A stretch of DNA of 64,000 nt, from positions 282,623 to 346,622 of the forward strand of contig CBDBOU010000003.1 in the NCBI GenBank assembly GCA_965208535.1, read 5' to 3'. Position numbers and translations under genes: made by a program. A model generated the notes under the pieces. It was not told where the DNA came from, ran no database searches, and was given only the letters and a program-made list of their open reading frames with translations. Positions 1 to 10,213 of the stretch are shown here, piece after piece. Every line of letters begins with the position of its first letter. Position 1 is the first letter of the stretch. The DNA is from Vicinamibacterales bacterium (lineage in GTDB: Bacteria; Acidobacteriota; Vicinamibacteria; Vicinamibacterales; UBA8438).

Positions 1-93
1 GCGCTCCTGATCGCGGCGTTCTCGCGCACGGAGGCGTTCGCGGCCTTGCCGCCGCGCCAGGAGTTGAGCGAGCGAATCCGCGGTGTGCGCGCG

Positions 94-783
94 ATGACCT
101 TCGACGTTTTCGGTACCGTCGTCGACTGGCGGACCAGCATCACCCGCGAGGGCGAGGCCGTCGGCCGGGCCAAGGGCATCGACGCGGACTGGGCCGCCTT
201 CGCCGACGAGTGGCGGGGGGGGTACGGGCCCGCGATGGGGCGAGTGCGCCGCGGTGAGCTGGGGTGGACGAAGATCGACGACCTGCACCGCATGATCCTC
301 GACGAGCTGGTCCCGAAGTACGGTCTCGAAAGCCTCACAGAGGAGGAGCTCGACCACCTGAACCGGGCCTGGCACCGGCTCACGCCGTGGCCGGACACCG
401 TGGAGGGGCTGACCCGGCTGCGGACGCGCTACGTGCTGGCGTCGCTGTCGAACGGGAACGTGGCGCTGCTCGTCAACATGGCCAAGAACGCCGGGATCCC
501 ATGGGACGCCGTGCTGTCGGCCGAACTGGCGCGCCACTACAAGCCCGATCCGGAGGCCTACCTGACGGCGGCCGACCTGCTGGGGCTCGACCCCGAGCAG
601 GTGATGATGGTTGCGGCGCACAAGGGAGACCTCCGGGCGTCCGCGCGCCTCGGCTTCCGAACCGGCTACGTGCCGCGTCCGACGGAGTTCGGGCCGAACG
701 TCGAGCGGGATCTGACGCCGGATCCCGATTTCGACCTGGTCGCCACCGACTTCAACGACATGGCGAGCCAGCTCGGTCTCTGA
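94..783 (+). CDS. HAD-superfamily hydrolase, L-2-haloacid dehalogenase (type II)-like
   Basis: ORF 46..783. FDVFGTVVDW matches HAD motif I, and SNGN and KPD motifs are present. ATG at 94 gives a typical ~229 aa product; TTG at 46 is the alternative start. Confidence 0.8.
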   Translation: MTFDVFGTVVDWRTSITREGEAVGRAKGIDADWAAFADEWRGGYGPAMGRVRRGELGWTKIDDLHRMILDELVPKYGLESLTEEELDHLNRAWHRLTPWPDTVEGLTRLRTRYVLASLSNGNVALLVNMAKNAGIPWDAVLSAELARHYKPDPEAYLTAADLLGLDPEQVMMVAAHKGDLRASARLGFRTGYVPRPTEFGPNVERDLTPDPDFDLVATDFNDMASQLGL

Positions 784-830
784 ACCGTTCACCCGGTTCG
801 TCCGATCGGCGGGGTCGGCAAACGGCCCGA

Positions 831-2186
831 TCAGTATTGCGTCGTGCGCTCGACCCACGCGCGCACGTCGTCGAGCGCATCGGCGAGCGCCTTCCGCCGC
901 CGACGCAGGGCGCTGCGGGCTCGAAGCGGCATCTGGCGCAGGGCAAAGAACGCGCGTGCCGTGCGCCAGACGGCCGCTTCCCGCTCGACCGCCAGCGTGC
1001 CGAGGACAGCCAGCGCCACCAGCCCGAGCCCGGTCGCAATACCGGTCGTCGTGCCGAGCTGGTTGCCGACAAGGTAGGTGAGCGTCGCAATCCAGGCGCC
1101 GTGAAGCAGCCCGCCGCCGATGATCTGCCATACCGCGCGGCTCTGCAGGTTGGGCGCCCGCCGGCCGATCCAGTCGGTCAGCCGGTAGGGCGCGGCGAAG
1201 ACGACGACGCTGGCCAGGGCCACGGGACCGAGGAGCAGCGCCAGGAGGCCCTCCCGCAGCGCGAAGCGAACGACGTCGGCCGCCGGAATGCGCTGCTCCA
1301 GGTCGCGCTCGCGGAGTCCGAAGCGGGCCAGGCTTGTCAGGTACTCCTCGACGTGCGCTGTGAGCTCGGCCAGCCGTGCCGGATCCTGTTCCCGCAATCT
1401 GGCCATGCCCGCTGCTATCAGGCGGCGGCGGCCGAGCCTCTCTCGCGCGTCCCGCGAGGCGCCGCGGGCGGCCGCGTAGAGTCGGTCGATGCGCTCGACG
1501 ATGGGCAGATCGTGCCGCGGCTCCGCCTCGACCATCAGATGCTTCAACCTCTGCTCGATGCGGTCGGTGAGTTCCCGGACCGCGGCCACTTCGTCCTCGG
1601 CATAGCTCTCTGCCAGGTCTCGGTACTCCACCGGGCGTCCGAAGACCGTCGTCACGCGGGAGCGGAACCGCGCGAGTGCGTCGAAGTTGAGCCCGACCGG
1701 CACGATGGTCACCGGGTGCCCCGCGGCGCAACTGTTGAGCACCATGCGAGCGGCGCCCGTACGCAGCGGCTCGAGCCGGCCGCGGGCGTGGCTGGTGCCC
1801 TCCGGAAAGAGGCAGATGGCCTCGCGCGCAGCGAGCGACGCGGCGACCGCCGCGAACATCTCCACGTTGCGCGAGGTGTCCACGCCCGGATCCATCTTCC
1901 GGTACACGGGGATCGCCCCCGAGCGGCGGATCAGCGGGCTGAGCGGATGCCACGCGAAGAGGGTGGACTTGGCCAGGAACCGGATGCGCCGTCCCGCGGT
2001 GGTCTGAATGATCGCCGGGTCGATGAGCGTGTTGGGATGGTTGGCGACCAGCAGCAGGGCGCCCTCGGGCAACTTGCCGCCCACGCGGTCGACCTTGTAG
2101 TAGGCGTGCACGGCGATCCGGCCGAACCCCCAGACCCACCTGCTCGGCGGCCTGGTTCCGGCGGGCGCGGTCGTTGCGGTGGTCAT
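831..2186 (-). CDS. Phospholipid/glycerol acyltransferase (PlsC family) with C-terminal multi-TM extension
   Basis: 451 aa ORF. Acyltransferase motifs NHPNTLID and FPEGTSH are present. The hydrophobic C-terminal third predicts TM helices. Confidence 0.8.
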   Translation of the reverse strand: MTTATTAPAGTRPPSRWVWGFGRIAVHAYYKVDRVGGKLPEGALLLVANHPNTLIDPAIIQTTAGRRIRFLAKSTLFAWHPLSPLIRRSGAIPVYRKMDPGVDTSRNVEMFAAVAASLAAREAICLFPEGTSHARGRLEPLRTGAARMVLNSCAAGHPVTIVPVGLNFDALARFRSRVTTVFGRPVEYRDLAESYAEDEVAAVRELTDRIEQRLKHLMVEAEPRHDLPIVERIDRLYAAARGASRDARERLGRRRLIAAGMARLREQDPARLAELTAHVEEYLTSLARFGLRERDLEQRIPAADVVRFALREGLLALLLGPVALASVVVFAAPYRLTDWIGRRAPNLQSRAVWQIIGGGLLHGAWIATLTYLVGNQLGTTTGIATGLGLVALAVLGTLAVEREAAVWRTARAFFALRQMPLRARSALRRRRKALADALDDVRAWVERTTQY

Positions 2187-2191
2187 GGGCT

Positions 2192-2941
2192 TCAGTAGCG
2201 TCGGGTGGCCGCGAAGCGAAGCCGGACGTAGTCGGCGACCCAGCCGCCGTCGGGCGCCCTCAGCACCGGATCGAGCCGCTCGCGCATCTCCGAGAGGACG
2301 GTCGGCCGCTCGCTGTCCAAGACACCCGCCAGGTAGGGCTGGGCGAAGATCCGCAGCCAGTCGGTCAGGTCGGACGGCAGCGGCGTCGGGCGCGGAAACA
2401 GCCGGATCGAGTCGACGTCGAAGCCGTTCGCGTCGAGCCGCTCGGTGTACGCCTCGGCGGTCGGGAAGTACCAGGGATTGAGCCGCTCCGCGTCGATGCC
2501 GCGCCGGGCCAGGACCTCACCGAGGGCGGCGCGGATCGATGCGACGCAGCCGTGGCCGCCCAGCTCCGCCACCAGTCGGCCGCCGGGGGCCAGCGCCCGA
2601 TGTACGGATCGCAGCGCCGCGTCCGGATCGCGGACCCAGTGCAGCACGGCGTTACTGAACACCGCGTCGAACTCGCCGCAGAAACCGAGAGCCGTCACGT
2701 CCGCAACGCGCGCGTCGAGCCCGCGCTCCCGCGCCGCTTGCACCTGTTCCGGACTGGCGTCGATGGCCACGACGCGGCAACCGGCCGCTACCAGCTTCTC
2801 GGTCAGCGCGCCGTCGCCGCAGCCGACGTCGAGCACCCGTTCGCCCGGCCGCGGGTCGAGCAGCTCGACCACGGGCGCGCCGAGATCGGACACGAACCGG
2901 GCGTGCGTGGCGTACTGTTCCGGGTTCCAGACCTGCATCAC
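2192..2941 (-). CDS. Class I SAM-dependent methyltransferase (trans-aconitate methyltransferase-like)
   Basis: 249 aa. The N-terminus WNPEQY..F resembles Tam, and VLDVGCGDG is the SAM-binding motif I. Confidence 0.8.
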   Translation of the reverse strand: MMQVWNPEQYATHARFVSDLGAPVVELLDPRPGERVLDVGCGDGALTEKLVAAGCRVVAIDASPEQVQAARERGLDARVADVTALGFCGEFDAVFSNAVLHWVRDPDAALRSVHRALAPGGRLVAELGGHGCVASIRAALGEVLARRGIDAERLNPWYFPTAEAYTERLDANGFDVDSIRLFPRPTPLPSDLTDWLRIFAQPYLAGVLDSERPTVLSEMRERLDPVLRAPDGGWVADYVRLRFAATRRY

Positions 2942-2954
2942 ATGCCTCGGCGAT

Positions 2955-3653
2955 TCATCCCTCGTCCGCGCCCGGCGGGGTGGCGTGGAGGCGGCCGGTG
3001 TAGATGGCCATGCCGACGACGGCGTCGATACCGGCCGCGTCGAGCCGGTCGATCTCCTCCTGCGCGGTGATTCCTCCGGCGGCGGTCAGGCGGCGCGAAG
3101 TCGCGTTGCGGACGGCCAGGATGGCCTCCATGTCGGTCCCCTGCATCAGCCCTTCCTTGTCGACGTGCGTGTAGAGGAACTCGCCACACCACGGTTCTAG
3201 CGCGCGCACCGCTTCGACCGCGGTCAGCGGCGTCGCTTCGCGCCAGCCCTTGACGACGACCCGGCCGCCCTTGCTGTCGACGGCGGCGATCACGCGCTCG
3301 GCGCCGATCGCCTCGGCGAGCGCCGCGGCGAAGTCCACGTCGGGCCGGCCCGCCCGGAACAGCGACGAGCCGACGATGACCGCCGTGGCGCCCTGGTCGA
3401 GCACGGTGCGGGCGCGCTCGATGGTGCGGATACCGCCACCGACCCGGCAGGACAGCCGCGGGGCGATGGACCGCACCAGTGCATCGTTGTCGCCGGAGCC
3501 CATGGCGGCATCGAGGTCGATCACCTGCACGCGCGGGAAGGCCTGGAACTTCCGCACCCAACCGTCGATGTCGTCCGAGGCGATGGCAGGCCGCTCCCCC
3601 TGAATGAGCTGCACCACCTGTCCGCCCTTCAGATCGATGGAAGGAATCAGCAC
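2955..3653 (-). CDS. hisA: ProFAR isomerase HisA
   Basis: C-terminal part of ORF 2955..4205. The N-terminus VLIPSIDLKGGQVVQL and the (beta/alpha)8 GGGIR motif are present. GTG start at 3653 overlaps the hisF stop (3647). Confidence 0.9.
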   Translation of the reverse strand: MLIPSIDLKGGQVVQLIQGERPAIASDDIDGWVRKFQAFPRVQVIDLDAAMGSGDNDALVRSIAPRLSCRVGGGIRTIERARTVLDQGATAVIVGSSLFRAGRPDVDFAAALAEAIGAERVIAAVDSKGGRVVVKGWREATPLTAVEAVRALEPWCGEFLYTHVDKEGLMQGTDMEAILAVRNATSRRLTAAGGITAQEEIDRLDAAGIDAVVGMAIYTGRLHATPPGADEG

Positions 3654-4435
3654 GAGTCGTCCCCGGTCCGCGCCCAGTGGCCCATGCGCACCGGGATCCC
3701 GCGGTGGTGGAGGTGCTGCTTCAGGTCGGCCACCGCGTGCTCGGCGTAGTGGAAGATCGACGCCGCGAGCGCCGCATCGGCCCTGCCGGCAGTGAACACG
3801 TCGACGAAGTGATCGAAGGTGCCCGCGCCGCCCGACGCGATGACCGGGATGGAGACCGCCTCGGAGACCGCCGCGGTCAGCTCGCAGTCGAACCCGCTCT
3901 TGGTCCCGTCGCGGTCGATGGACGTCAGCAGGATCTCGCCCGCGCCGCGGTCGGCCGCCTCCCGCGCCCACTCGACGGCGTCGCGCTCGGTCGCCTGCTG
4001 CCCGCTCCGCACGTAGATCCGGAACCCGCCGCCCTCCCGCTTGGCGTCGATCGCGACGATGACCGCCTGGCTGCCGTAGCGCCGCGCGAGAGCGGTCAGC
4101 AGCTCCGGGCGCGCGATGGCGGCGGTGTTCAGGCTCACCTTGTCGGCGCCCGCCTCGATGGCGGCGTCGGCGTGCGCCTCGTCCTTGATGCCGCCGCCGA
4201 CGCACAGCGGCAGGAAGATCTCCTGCGCCACGGCGTGAATCGTCCGCGCCATCGCCTTGCGCTTCTCGATGGTGGCGGTGACGTCCAGGATCACCACTTC
4301 GTCGATGCCCTCGCGGTTGTAGCGCCGGGAGAGCGCGGCCGGATCGCCGGCCGAGCGCAGCCCTTCGAAGTTGATGCCCTTGACGACCTGCCCGTCGCGG
4401 ACATCGAGGCAGGCGATGATGCGCTTGGACAGCAT
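3647..4435 (-). CDS. hisF: Imidazole glycerol phosphate synthase cyclase subunit HisF
   Basis: C-terminal 262 aa of ORF 3647..5140: MLSKRIIACLDVRDGQVVKG.. and CVGGGI. ATG at 4435 forms an ATGA overlap with the hisH stop. Confidence 0.93.
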   Translation of the reverse strand: MLSKRIIACLDVRDGQVVKGINFEGLRSAGDPAALSRRYNREGIDEVVILDVTATIEKRKAMARTIHAVAQEIFLPLCVGGGIKDEAHADAAIEAGADKVSLNTAAIARPELLTALARRYGSQAVIVAIDAKREGGGFRIYVRSGQQATERDAVEWAREAADRGAGEILLTSIDRDGTKSGFDCELTAAVSEAVSIPVIASGGAGTFDHFVDVFTAGRADAALAASIFHYAEHAVADLKQHLHHRGIPVRMGHWARTGDDSC

Positions 4436-5064
4436 CAGGCGGCCATCCGATCCAGGACGTTCTTGAACAGACGCAGCCCGACGTCGCCCGACTTCTCCGG
4501 ATGGAACTGCATGCCGACCAGCCGCTCGCGCTCGACGACGCTGGCGAACTCGATGCCGTAGGTGGTCGAGCCGATGCAGTCGGGTCCCACGGGGGCGGCG
4601 TACGAGTGCGTGAAGTAGACCTGGTCGCCTTCTTCCACGCCGTCGAGCACCCAGGAGTCGCGTGTCCGGTGCAGGCTGTTCCAGCCGACGTGCGGCACCT
4701 TGAACAGCGCGCCGTCGGCCGGGCCGGCCGGGTCGGGACGCTCGATGAGCCGGCAGCGCCCCGGTAGTGTGCCGAAACCGGGTACGCCGGGTGCCTCCTC
4801 GCTGCCTTCGAAGAGCCACTGCAGCCCGACGCAGATGCCGAGCAGCAAGCCGCCGCGCTCGAGCACGCCCGCGATGGCGCGCCGCCAATCGGCGTCGAGC
4901 GCGGCCGTTACCTCGAAGTTGCCGACGCCGGGGACGATCACGGCGCGCGCGCCGGCGAGGGCAGCCGGTCCCGCCGGCGTATCGAAGCGAGCGCCGAGGT
5001 GAGTCAGCGCCTTGCGCACCGAAGTGAGGTTGCCGGCGTCGTAGTCGATCAGCGCGATGCTCAC
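4435..5064 (-). CDS. hisH: Imidazole glycerol phosphate synthase glutamine amidotransferase subunit HisH
   Basis: 209 aa. GATase class I motifs are present: GICVGLQ (nucleophile Cys) and FHPEKS. Confidence 0.93.
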   Translation of the reverse strand: MSIALIDYDAGNLTSVRKALTHLGARFDTPAGPAALAGARAVIVPGVGNFEVTAALDADWRRAIAGVLERGGLLLGICVGLQWLFEGSEEAPGVPGFGTLPGRCRLIERPDPAGPADGALFKVPHVGWNSLHRTRDSWVLDGVEEGDQVYFTHSYAAPVGPDCIGSTTYGIEFASVVERERLVGMQFHPEKSGDVGLRLFKNVLDRMAA

Positions 5065-5066
5065 GG

Positions 5067-5681
5067 CTAGAGCAGCTCCTTCGTGCTCGGCAGCATTTCG
5101 CCGAGCTGCCGGTCGCGCGAGCAGGCCACCCGCAGCGCACGCGCGAACGCCTTGAACAGCGCCTCGATCTGGTGATGGCTCGACCGGCCGTAGAGCACCT
5201 TCACGTGCACGTTGGCGCGCGCGCCCTGGGCGAATCCGTCGAAGAAGTCGTGGACCAGCTCCGTCTGCAGATCGCCGACGCGCTCGACGGCCAGGTTCAG
5301 GTCTGTGACGGCATGCACGCGGCCGCTCAGGTCGACCGCGGCCACGCCGAGCGTTTCGTCCATCGGCATGACGAAGTACCCGGCCCGGTTGATGCCCCGC
5401 TTCGACCCGAGCGCCTGCGTCACCGCCTGCCCGAGCGCGATGCCGACGTCCTCGACCGTGTGGTGCTGGTCGACGTCGAGGTCGCCGGTCGCCCGGATCG
5501 TCAGATCGAACGCGCCGTGCCGGGCCAGCAGCTCCAGCATGTGGTCGAAGAAGCGGATGCCGGTGCTTACCGTGTAGCGCCCGCTGCCGTCGAGGGCAAT
5601 CCGCATCGCAATCTGCGTCTCGGTCGTCTCGCGGGTGATCGACGCCTGCCGCGGGTCGGCCGTCGTTTCGTTCGCGCTCAA
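5067..5681 (-). CDS. hisB: Imidazoleglycerol-phosphate dehydratase HisB
   Basis: C-terminal ~204 aa of ORF 5067..6512: [10 protein letters not shown].., DxHHxxE motifs and SSHHQIEA. The TTG start at 5681 overlaps the hisD TGA stop (TTGA). Confidence 0.88.
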   Translation of the reverse strand: MSANETTADPRQASITRETTETQIAMRIALDGSGRYTVSTGIRFFDHMLELLARHGAFDLTIRATGDLDVDQHHTVEDVGIALGQAVTQALGSKRGINRAGYFVMPMDETLGVAAVDLSGRVHAVTDLNLAVERVGDLQTELVHDFFDGFAQGARANVHVKVLYGRSSHHQIEALFKAFARALRVACSRDRQLGEMLPSTKELL

Positions 5682-6970
5682 CTGCCCGCTCCCTTGTCGC
5701 TGCGCCCCGGCGCCGAGCTCCTGGCCCGCGGCACGTGCAGCACCCGCCTCGCCACCGATCCGGCGTGCGCGCGGAGCCCCTCGGCGTTGGCCAGCGAGAT
5801 CACGCTCGGCGCCAGTCCCTGCAGGCCCCGCCGCGTCAGTCGTTGCACGCTGTTCACGCGCACGAAGTCGGCCGCGCTCAGTCCGCCACGGACGCGCGCC
5901 ACGCCATCGGTCGGCAGGACGTGGTTCGACCCGGTGGCATAGTCGCCTGCCGCCTGGGCCCCGTACGGACCGGCAAAGACGGTGCCGGCCCGGATCACCC
6001 GGCGGGCGACGTCGAGCGTGTCGGTGACCGCGTGCTCCGGCGCGATTGCGTTGGCCAGCTCCACCGCCTCGTCGAGGGTGGTCGTCACGACGGCCACGCC
6101 GTGCGTCGCGATCGACGGCGCGGCGTCCGGATGATCCTCGATCTGTGCCGCCACGGCGCGCGCCACGGCGCGGGCCAGGGGCCGTTCCGGGGTCAGCAGG
6201 ATCGCGCGCGCATCCGGATCGTGCTCGGCCTGGGCCACCAGGTCCGCCGCGATCCATTCGGGATTGCCGTCGCTGGAGACGACGACGATCTCGGTCGGTC
6301 CGGCGTAGAAGTCGATGGGGCAGTCGCGCGCCACCAGCGCCTTGGCCGCGGCGACGTAGGCGTTGCCCGGTCCGACGATCTTGTCGACGCGCGGGATGGT
6401 CGCCGTGCCGTAGGCGAACGCGGCGACGGCGTGCGCCCCGCCGATCCGGAAGAGGCGCGTCACCCTGGCTTCGACCGCCGCCGCGAGCACCGCCGGGGCC
6501 GGGTTCGGGCACGTCGCGACAACCTCCGGCACGCCCGCGGCACGTGCCGGTATGGCCGTCATCAGGAGCGACGACGGCAACGGGTGTCTGCCGCCCGGAA
6601 CGTAGCAGCCGACGCGGTCGAGCGGCGTCACCCGCTGCTCGATCACGACGCCCGGCGCGACCGTGGTCCGCCAGCCCTTCGGGACCTGCTTCACCGATAC
6701 CCGGCGAATGTTGCGCGCCGCGGTTCTGATCGCCGCCCGCACCACGGGCGGCGCCTCCTGCGCGCCGCGCCGGATCTCTTCCGCGTCGAGCTCGACCGGC
6801 CCCTGCAAGCGGTCGAGCGCCCGAGCGTACTTCAGGACCGCCCGGTCGCCCCGCCGCCGCACGTCGTCGACGATCTCCGCCACCCGGGCACTGACCTCCG
6901 CGTCGGGCACCCGCCCGCGCTCCACCAGGGCCCGCACCGCCCGCGCCTGCGACGACGCGATGATCCTCAT
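5678..6970 (-). CDS. hisD: Histidinol dehydrogenase HisD
   Basis: 430 aa portion of ORF 5678..7948, starting MRIIASS. Motifs include [17 protein letters not shown] and [17 protein letters not shown] overlap with the hisG stop. Confidence 0.93.
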   Translation of the reverse strand: MRIIASSQARAVRALVERGRVPDAEVSARVAEIVDDVRRRGDRAVLKYARALDRLQGPVELDAEEIRRGAQEAPPVVRAAIRTAARNIRRVSVKQVPKGWRTTVAPGVVIEQRVTPLDRVGCYVPGGRHPLPSSLLMTAIPARAAGVPEVVATCPNPAPAVLAAAVEARVTRLFRIGGAHAVAAFAYGTATIPRVDKIVGPGNAYVAAAKALVARDCPIDFYAGPTEIVVVSSDGNPEWIAADLVAQAEHDPDARAILLTPERPLARAVARAVAAQIEDHPDAAPSIATHGVAVVTTTLDEAVELANAIAPEHAVTDTLDVARRVIRAGTVFAGPYGAQAAGDYATGSNHVLPTDGVARVRGGLSAADFVRVNSVQRLTRRGLQGLAPSVISLANAEGLRAHAGSVARRVLHVPRARSSAPGRSDKGAGS

Positions 6971-7848
6971 AGGACGATCTTGTTCAACGGATACTCGACG
7001 ATCCCATGCCCGCCCGCCGCCCGCAGCCGTGGCATGAGCTCGCGGACGTCGCGTTCCTCGAGCACGGTGGACACCGCGACCCAGTCGGCGTCGCTCAACG
7101 GCGCCACCGTCGGGCGCTGCAACGCGGGCAGCAGCGCAAGGATCGCGTCCAGGTCGGTGCGCAGCACGTTCAGCATCAGGCCCACGCGGCCCTGCGCCTC
7201 CATCGCCGCCCGCAGCAGCAGCGCGATGTTCTCGATCTTCGTCCGCTTGGCGTCGTTCCCCAGGGCCCGCCGGTTGGCGATGAGCTGCGGGTTCGATTCG
7301 AGCACGGTGTCGATGATGCGCAGGTGGTTGGCGCGCAGCGTCGACCCGGTCTCGGTCGCTTCGACGATTGCGTCGGCCAGATCGGGCGGTTTCACCTCGG
7401 TCGCGCCCCACGAGAACTCGACGTTGACCTTGACGCCGAGCCGCGCGAAGTACCGCTCGGTCACCCGCACGAGCTCGGTCGAGATGCGCGCGCCTTCCAG
7501 ATCCCGGGGCGAACGGTACTTCGATTCCTCCGGCACGGCCAGGACCCAGCGCACCTTCCGGAAGCTCTGCTTGGAGTAGACCAGGTCGGTGACGCTCACG
7601 ACCTCCTCGCCGGTGGCCGCGTGGTGCTCCTCGATCCAGTCGATGCCGGTCAGCCCCGCGTCGACCGCCTCGTCGGCGACGTAGCGCGCCATCTCCTGCG
7701 CCCGAATCAGCGTGCACTCGATCCCGGGGTCGTCGATCGTCGGGTAGTAGGAGCGGGCGCCGACGTAGATGTTGAAGCCGGCGCGCGCGAACAACTGCAC
7801 CGTCGACTCCTGCAGCGAGCCCTTCGGGATGCCCAGGCGCAGCATCAT
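6967..7848 (-). CDS. hisG: ATP phosphoribosyltransferase, long form (HisG with C-terminal regulatory domain)
   Basis: 293 aa. [19 protein letters not shown] is present, and the length includes a regulatory domain. Confidence 0.92.
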   Translation of the reverse strand: MMLRLGIPKGSLQESTVQLFARAGFNIYVGARSYYPTIDDPGIECTLIRAQEMARYVADEAVDAGLTGIDWIEEHHAATGEEVVSVTDLVYSKQSFRKVRWVLAVPEESKYRSPRDLEGARISTELVRVTERYFARLGVKVNVEFSWGATEVKPPDLADAIVEATETGSTLRANHLRIIDTVLESNPQLIANRRALGNDAKRTKIENIALLLRAAMEAQGRVGLMLNVLRTDLDAILALLPALQRPTVAPLSDADWVAVSTVLEERDVRELMPRLRAAGGHGIVEYPLNKIVL

Positions 7849-8207
7849 CCCGCCTGTTCTGCGGCCTGCCGCTCCGCGTCCACGGCGCCGCCGTCGAGCG
7901 TCTTGAAGAAACAGGTGCGCTGGCCGGTGTGGCAGACGTTGCCGTCACCCTGCCGCTCGACCCGGAGGAGCACGGTGTCGTCGTCGCAGTCGATCAGCAG
8001 CCGCCGCACCTTCAGCCGGTTGCCCGACGTCTCGCCCTTCATCCAGAGCGTGTTACGGGTTCGGCTGAAAAAAGTGGCGAATCCCGACGAGCGGGTGCGC
8101 GCCAGCGCTTCCTCGTTCATGAAGCCGACCATCAGCACCTCGTCGCTGTCGTCGTCCTGTACCACGGCCGGGATCAACCCGTCGAGCTTCGAAAAGTCCA
8201 TCTCCAT
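7845..8207 (-). CDS. hisI: Phosphoribosyl-AMP cyclohydrolase HisI (monofunctional, no HisE domain)
   Basis: 120 aa starting at [18 protein letters not shown]. Motifs WMKGETSGN and CHTGxxxCF are present. ATGA overlap with the hisG start. Confidence 0.9.
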   Translation of the reverse strand: MEMDFSKLDGLIPAVVQDDDSDEVLMVGFMNEEALARTRSSGFATFFSRTRNTLWMKGETSGNRLKVRRLLIDCDDDTVLLRVERQGDGNVCHTGQRTCFFKTLDGGAVDAERQAAEQAG

Positions 8208-8298
8208 CCCTGTCGCACTCCCACGTCGCGCGGCTGCTTCCCGCGCCGCGCTCCAAGCGTCGCGCAGCCGGCTCGGCCCCCGGCCGCGCTCCAAACAC

Positions 8299-8330
8299 AA
8301 AAAAAGCCTCGCCGCGTGCTCGGCGAGGCC
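8299..8330 (-). terminator. Intrinsic terminator of the his attenuator
   Basis: Minus strand reads GCCTCGCCG-AGCACG-CGGCGAGGC followed by TTTTTTT. That is a 9 bp GC stem, a 6 nt loop and a U7 tract. It lies between the leader ORF and hisI. Confidence 0.75.
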
Positions 8331-8388
8331 TCGTGGTGCGTGGGCGTCTCCGGTCCGGTTACGTCACGCGCAAGTCCACAGGCCCGCC
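8322..8388 (-). promoter_or_regulatory. Candidate antiterminator pairing of the his attenuator
   Basis: GGCGGGCCTGTGG (8388..8376) is complementary to CCACGAGGCCTCGCC (8336..8322), giving 13 bp with 2 bulges. The second segment covers 8 of 9 nt of the terminator 5' arm. Confidence 0.55.
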
Positions 8389-8435
8389 CCGTTGCGGGTA
8401 TGACGATGATGCGCGTGATGGACGCTCCGCCGCAT
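8364..8435 (-). CDS. his operon leader peptide (hisL-like), MRRSVHHAHHRHTRNGAGLWTCA
   Basis: Hand translation of the minus strand gives ATG at 8435 and TGA at 8366..8364. Five His codons fall within 7 codons. The ORF is too short for the ORF track. Confidence 0.6.
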   Translation of the reverse strand: MRRSVHHAHHRHTRNGAGLWTCA

Positions 8436-8626
8436 GATCCGCTAACGGTATCCCAGCCGTGTGAACTCCGTCAACCGGCTCCATCTTTTTGCGGAGAGCT
8501 TAACGTCGCGGGAACATCTGTGAGACTATTCGAGCATGAGCTGGACGCATCCCGAGGTGCGGGAGGTGAGACGGCAGCCGCATCGTCCTTGCGCGGCGAT
8601 TTTCGACCGTCGGTGACCGGGGGCAG

Positions 8627-10195
8627 GTGATGACCAATAGCATCCGTTTCGATTCGTTGCTCCAGCGTCGGTTGGACCGCCGCGATCTGTTGACCGGCGG
8701 TCTGGCCCTGCTTGGCCTCGGCGCCGCCCGCCGCGCCTCGGGCCGCTCTCTCTTGCAACCGTCCGCGTTTCCGCTCGGCGTGGCCTCCGGCGATCCGACG
8801 CCGGACGGCGTCGTGTTGTGGACGCGCCTGGCCCTCGATCCGCTCAACGGTGGCGGGATGCCGCCGGAGGACGTGGAGGTGGTCTGGGAGGTGGCGCGGG
8901 ACGAGCGGATGGCCGACGTGGTGCAGCGCGGCACGACCCTCGCCGCCGCGGCGCTCGGGCACAGCGTCCACGTGGAGGTGGACGGGCTGGAGCCGGGGAG
9001 CTGGTACTGGTACCGATTCCGCAGCGGGGCCGACGAGAGCACGGTCGGACGGACCCGCACGCTGCCGGCTGCCGGTTCGCCCGTGGACAGGCTGCGGTTC
9101 GCCTTCGCCTCGTGCCAGCACTACGAGCAGGGCTACTACACGGCCTACCAGCACATGGCCGAGGATGATCTGGACCTCGTGTTCCACCTCGGCGACTACA
9201 TCTACGAGTACGAGGGACGTGAAGGGCGCGTCCGAATGCACACCGGCGACGAGATCGAGCTGCTGGACGACTACCGCAATCGGTACGCGCTCTACCGGAG
9301 CGACCCCGACCTGCAGGCGGCGCACGCGGCGTTCCCCTGGGTGGTGACGTGGGACGACCACGAGGTGGACAACAATTACGCGAACGACGTCTCCGAGGAA
9401 GAGGGTCTGCCCGCCGAGCTGCTCCTCCGGCGTCGCGCCGCGGCCTATCAGGCCTATTACGAGCACATGCCGCTGCGTCGTGCGTCGTTGCCGAACGGTC
9501 CCGACCTGCAGCTCTACCGGGCCTTCGCCTGGGGCGATCTCGCGTCGTTCCACGTGCTCGACACGCGCCAGTACCGCACCGATCAGCCCTGCGGCGACCG
9601 CCGGGGAGTCGTTTGCGACGGCATCTTCGACCCGGCGGCCACCCTGCTCGGCGAAACGCAGGAGCGCTGGCTGATGGACGGACTCGACCGGTCGGCGGCG
9701 CGCTGGAACGTCATCCCCCAGCAGATCATGATGGCGCGGGTCGACTTCACGCCCGGCGCCGGCGAGTCGTACGCGATGGACGTCTGGTCGGGATACGAGG
9801 CGGCACGCCGCCGCCTGATGGAGTTCCTTGCCACCCGACAGCCGGCGAACCCGGTCGTCCTGACCGGCGACATCCACAGCAACTGGGTCACCGACCTCAA
9901 GGTGGACTACGGCGACGCGGCTGCTCCCGTGGTCGGCACCGAGTTCGTGGGCACGTCCATCAGCTCCAGCGGCGACGGTGCCGATACGGGCGATACCACC
10001 GCCGCACTGCTCGCCGAGAACCCGTGGATACGCTTCTACAACGGCCAGCGCGGCTACGTGCGCTGCGAGCTGACGCCGGAGCGGTGCCGCGCCGACTACC
10101 AGGTGCTCGAGTACGTCACGCGGCCCGGCAGCCCCATCGCGACGCGTGCGTCGTTCGTCGTCGAGGACGGGAGGCCCGGCGCGCAGCGGCTGTGA
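8627..10195 (+). CDS. phoD: PhoD-family alkaline phosphatase/phosphodiesterase with Tat signal
   Basis: 522 aa. Twin-arginine signal RRDLLTGG, then [17 protein letters not shown] and the metallophosphatase core [20 protein letters not shown]. Confidence 0.9.
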   Translation: MMTNSIRFDSLLQRRLDRRDLLTGGLALLGLGAARRASGRSLLQPSAFPLGVASGDPTPDGVVLWTRLALDPLNGGGMPPEDVEVVWEVARDERMADVVQRGTTLAAAALGHSVHVEVDGLEPGSWYWYRFRSGADESTVGRTRTLPAAGSPVDRLRFAFASCQHYEQGYYTAYQHMAEDDLDLVFHLGDYIYEYEGREGRVRMHTGDEIELLDDYRNRYALYRSDPDLQAAHAAFPWVVTWDDHEVDNNYANDVSEEEGLPAELLLRRRAAAYQAYYEHMPLRRASLPNGPDLQLYRAFAWGDLASFHVLDTRQYRTDQPCGDRRGVVCDGIFDPAATLLGETQERWLMDGLDRSAARWNVIPQQIMMARVDFTPGAGESYAMDVWSGYEAARRRLMEFLATRQPANPVVLTGDIHSNWVTDLKVDYGDAAAPVVGTEFVGTSISSSGDGADTGDTTAALLAENPWIRFYNGQRGYVRCELTPERCRADYQVLEYVTRPGSPIATRASFVVEDGRPGAQRL

Positions 10196-10213
10196 TCTGG
10201 ACGGGCACGGCTC

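Noticed and set aside
7285-7305. tRNA-like T-arm strings: GGTTCGATTC at about 7291 and GGTTCGAAG at about 40514.
   Set aside because: They lie inside hisG coding sequence or in the modA leader, with no acceptor-stem or anticodon-arm complementarity around them. I found no tRNA, rRNA, tmRNA, RNase P or SRP RNA hallmark motifs in the window.
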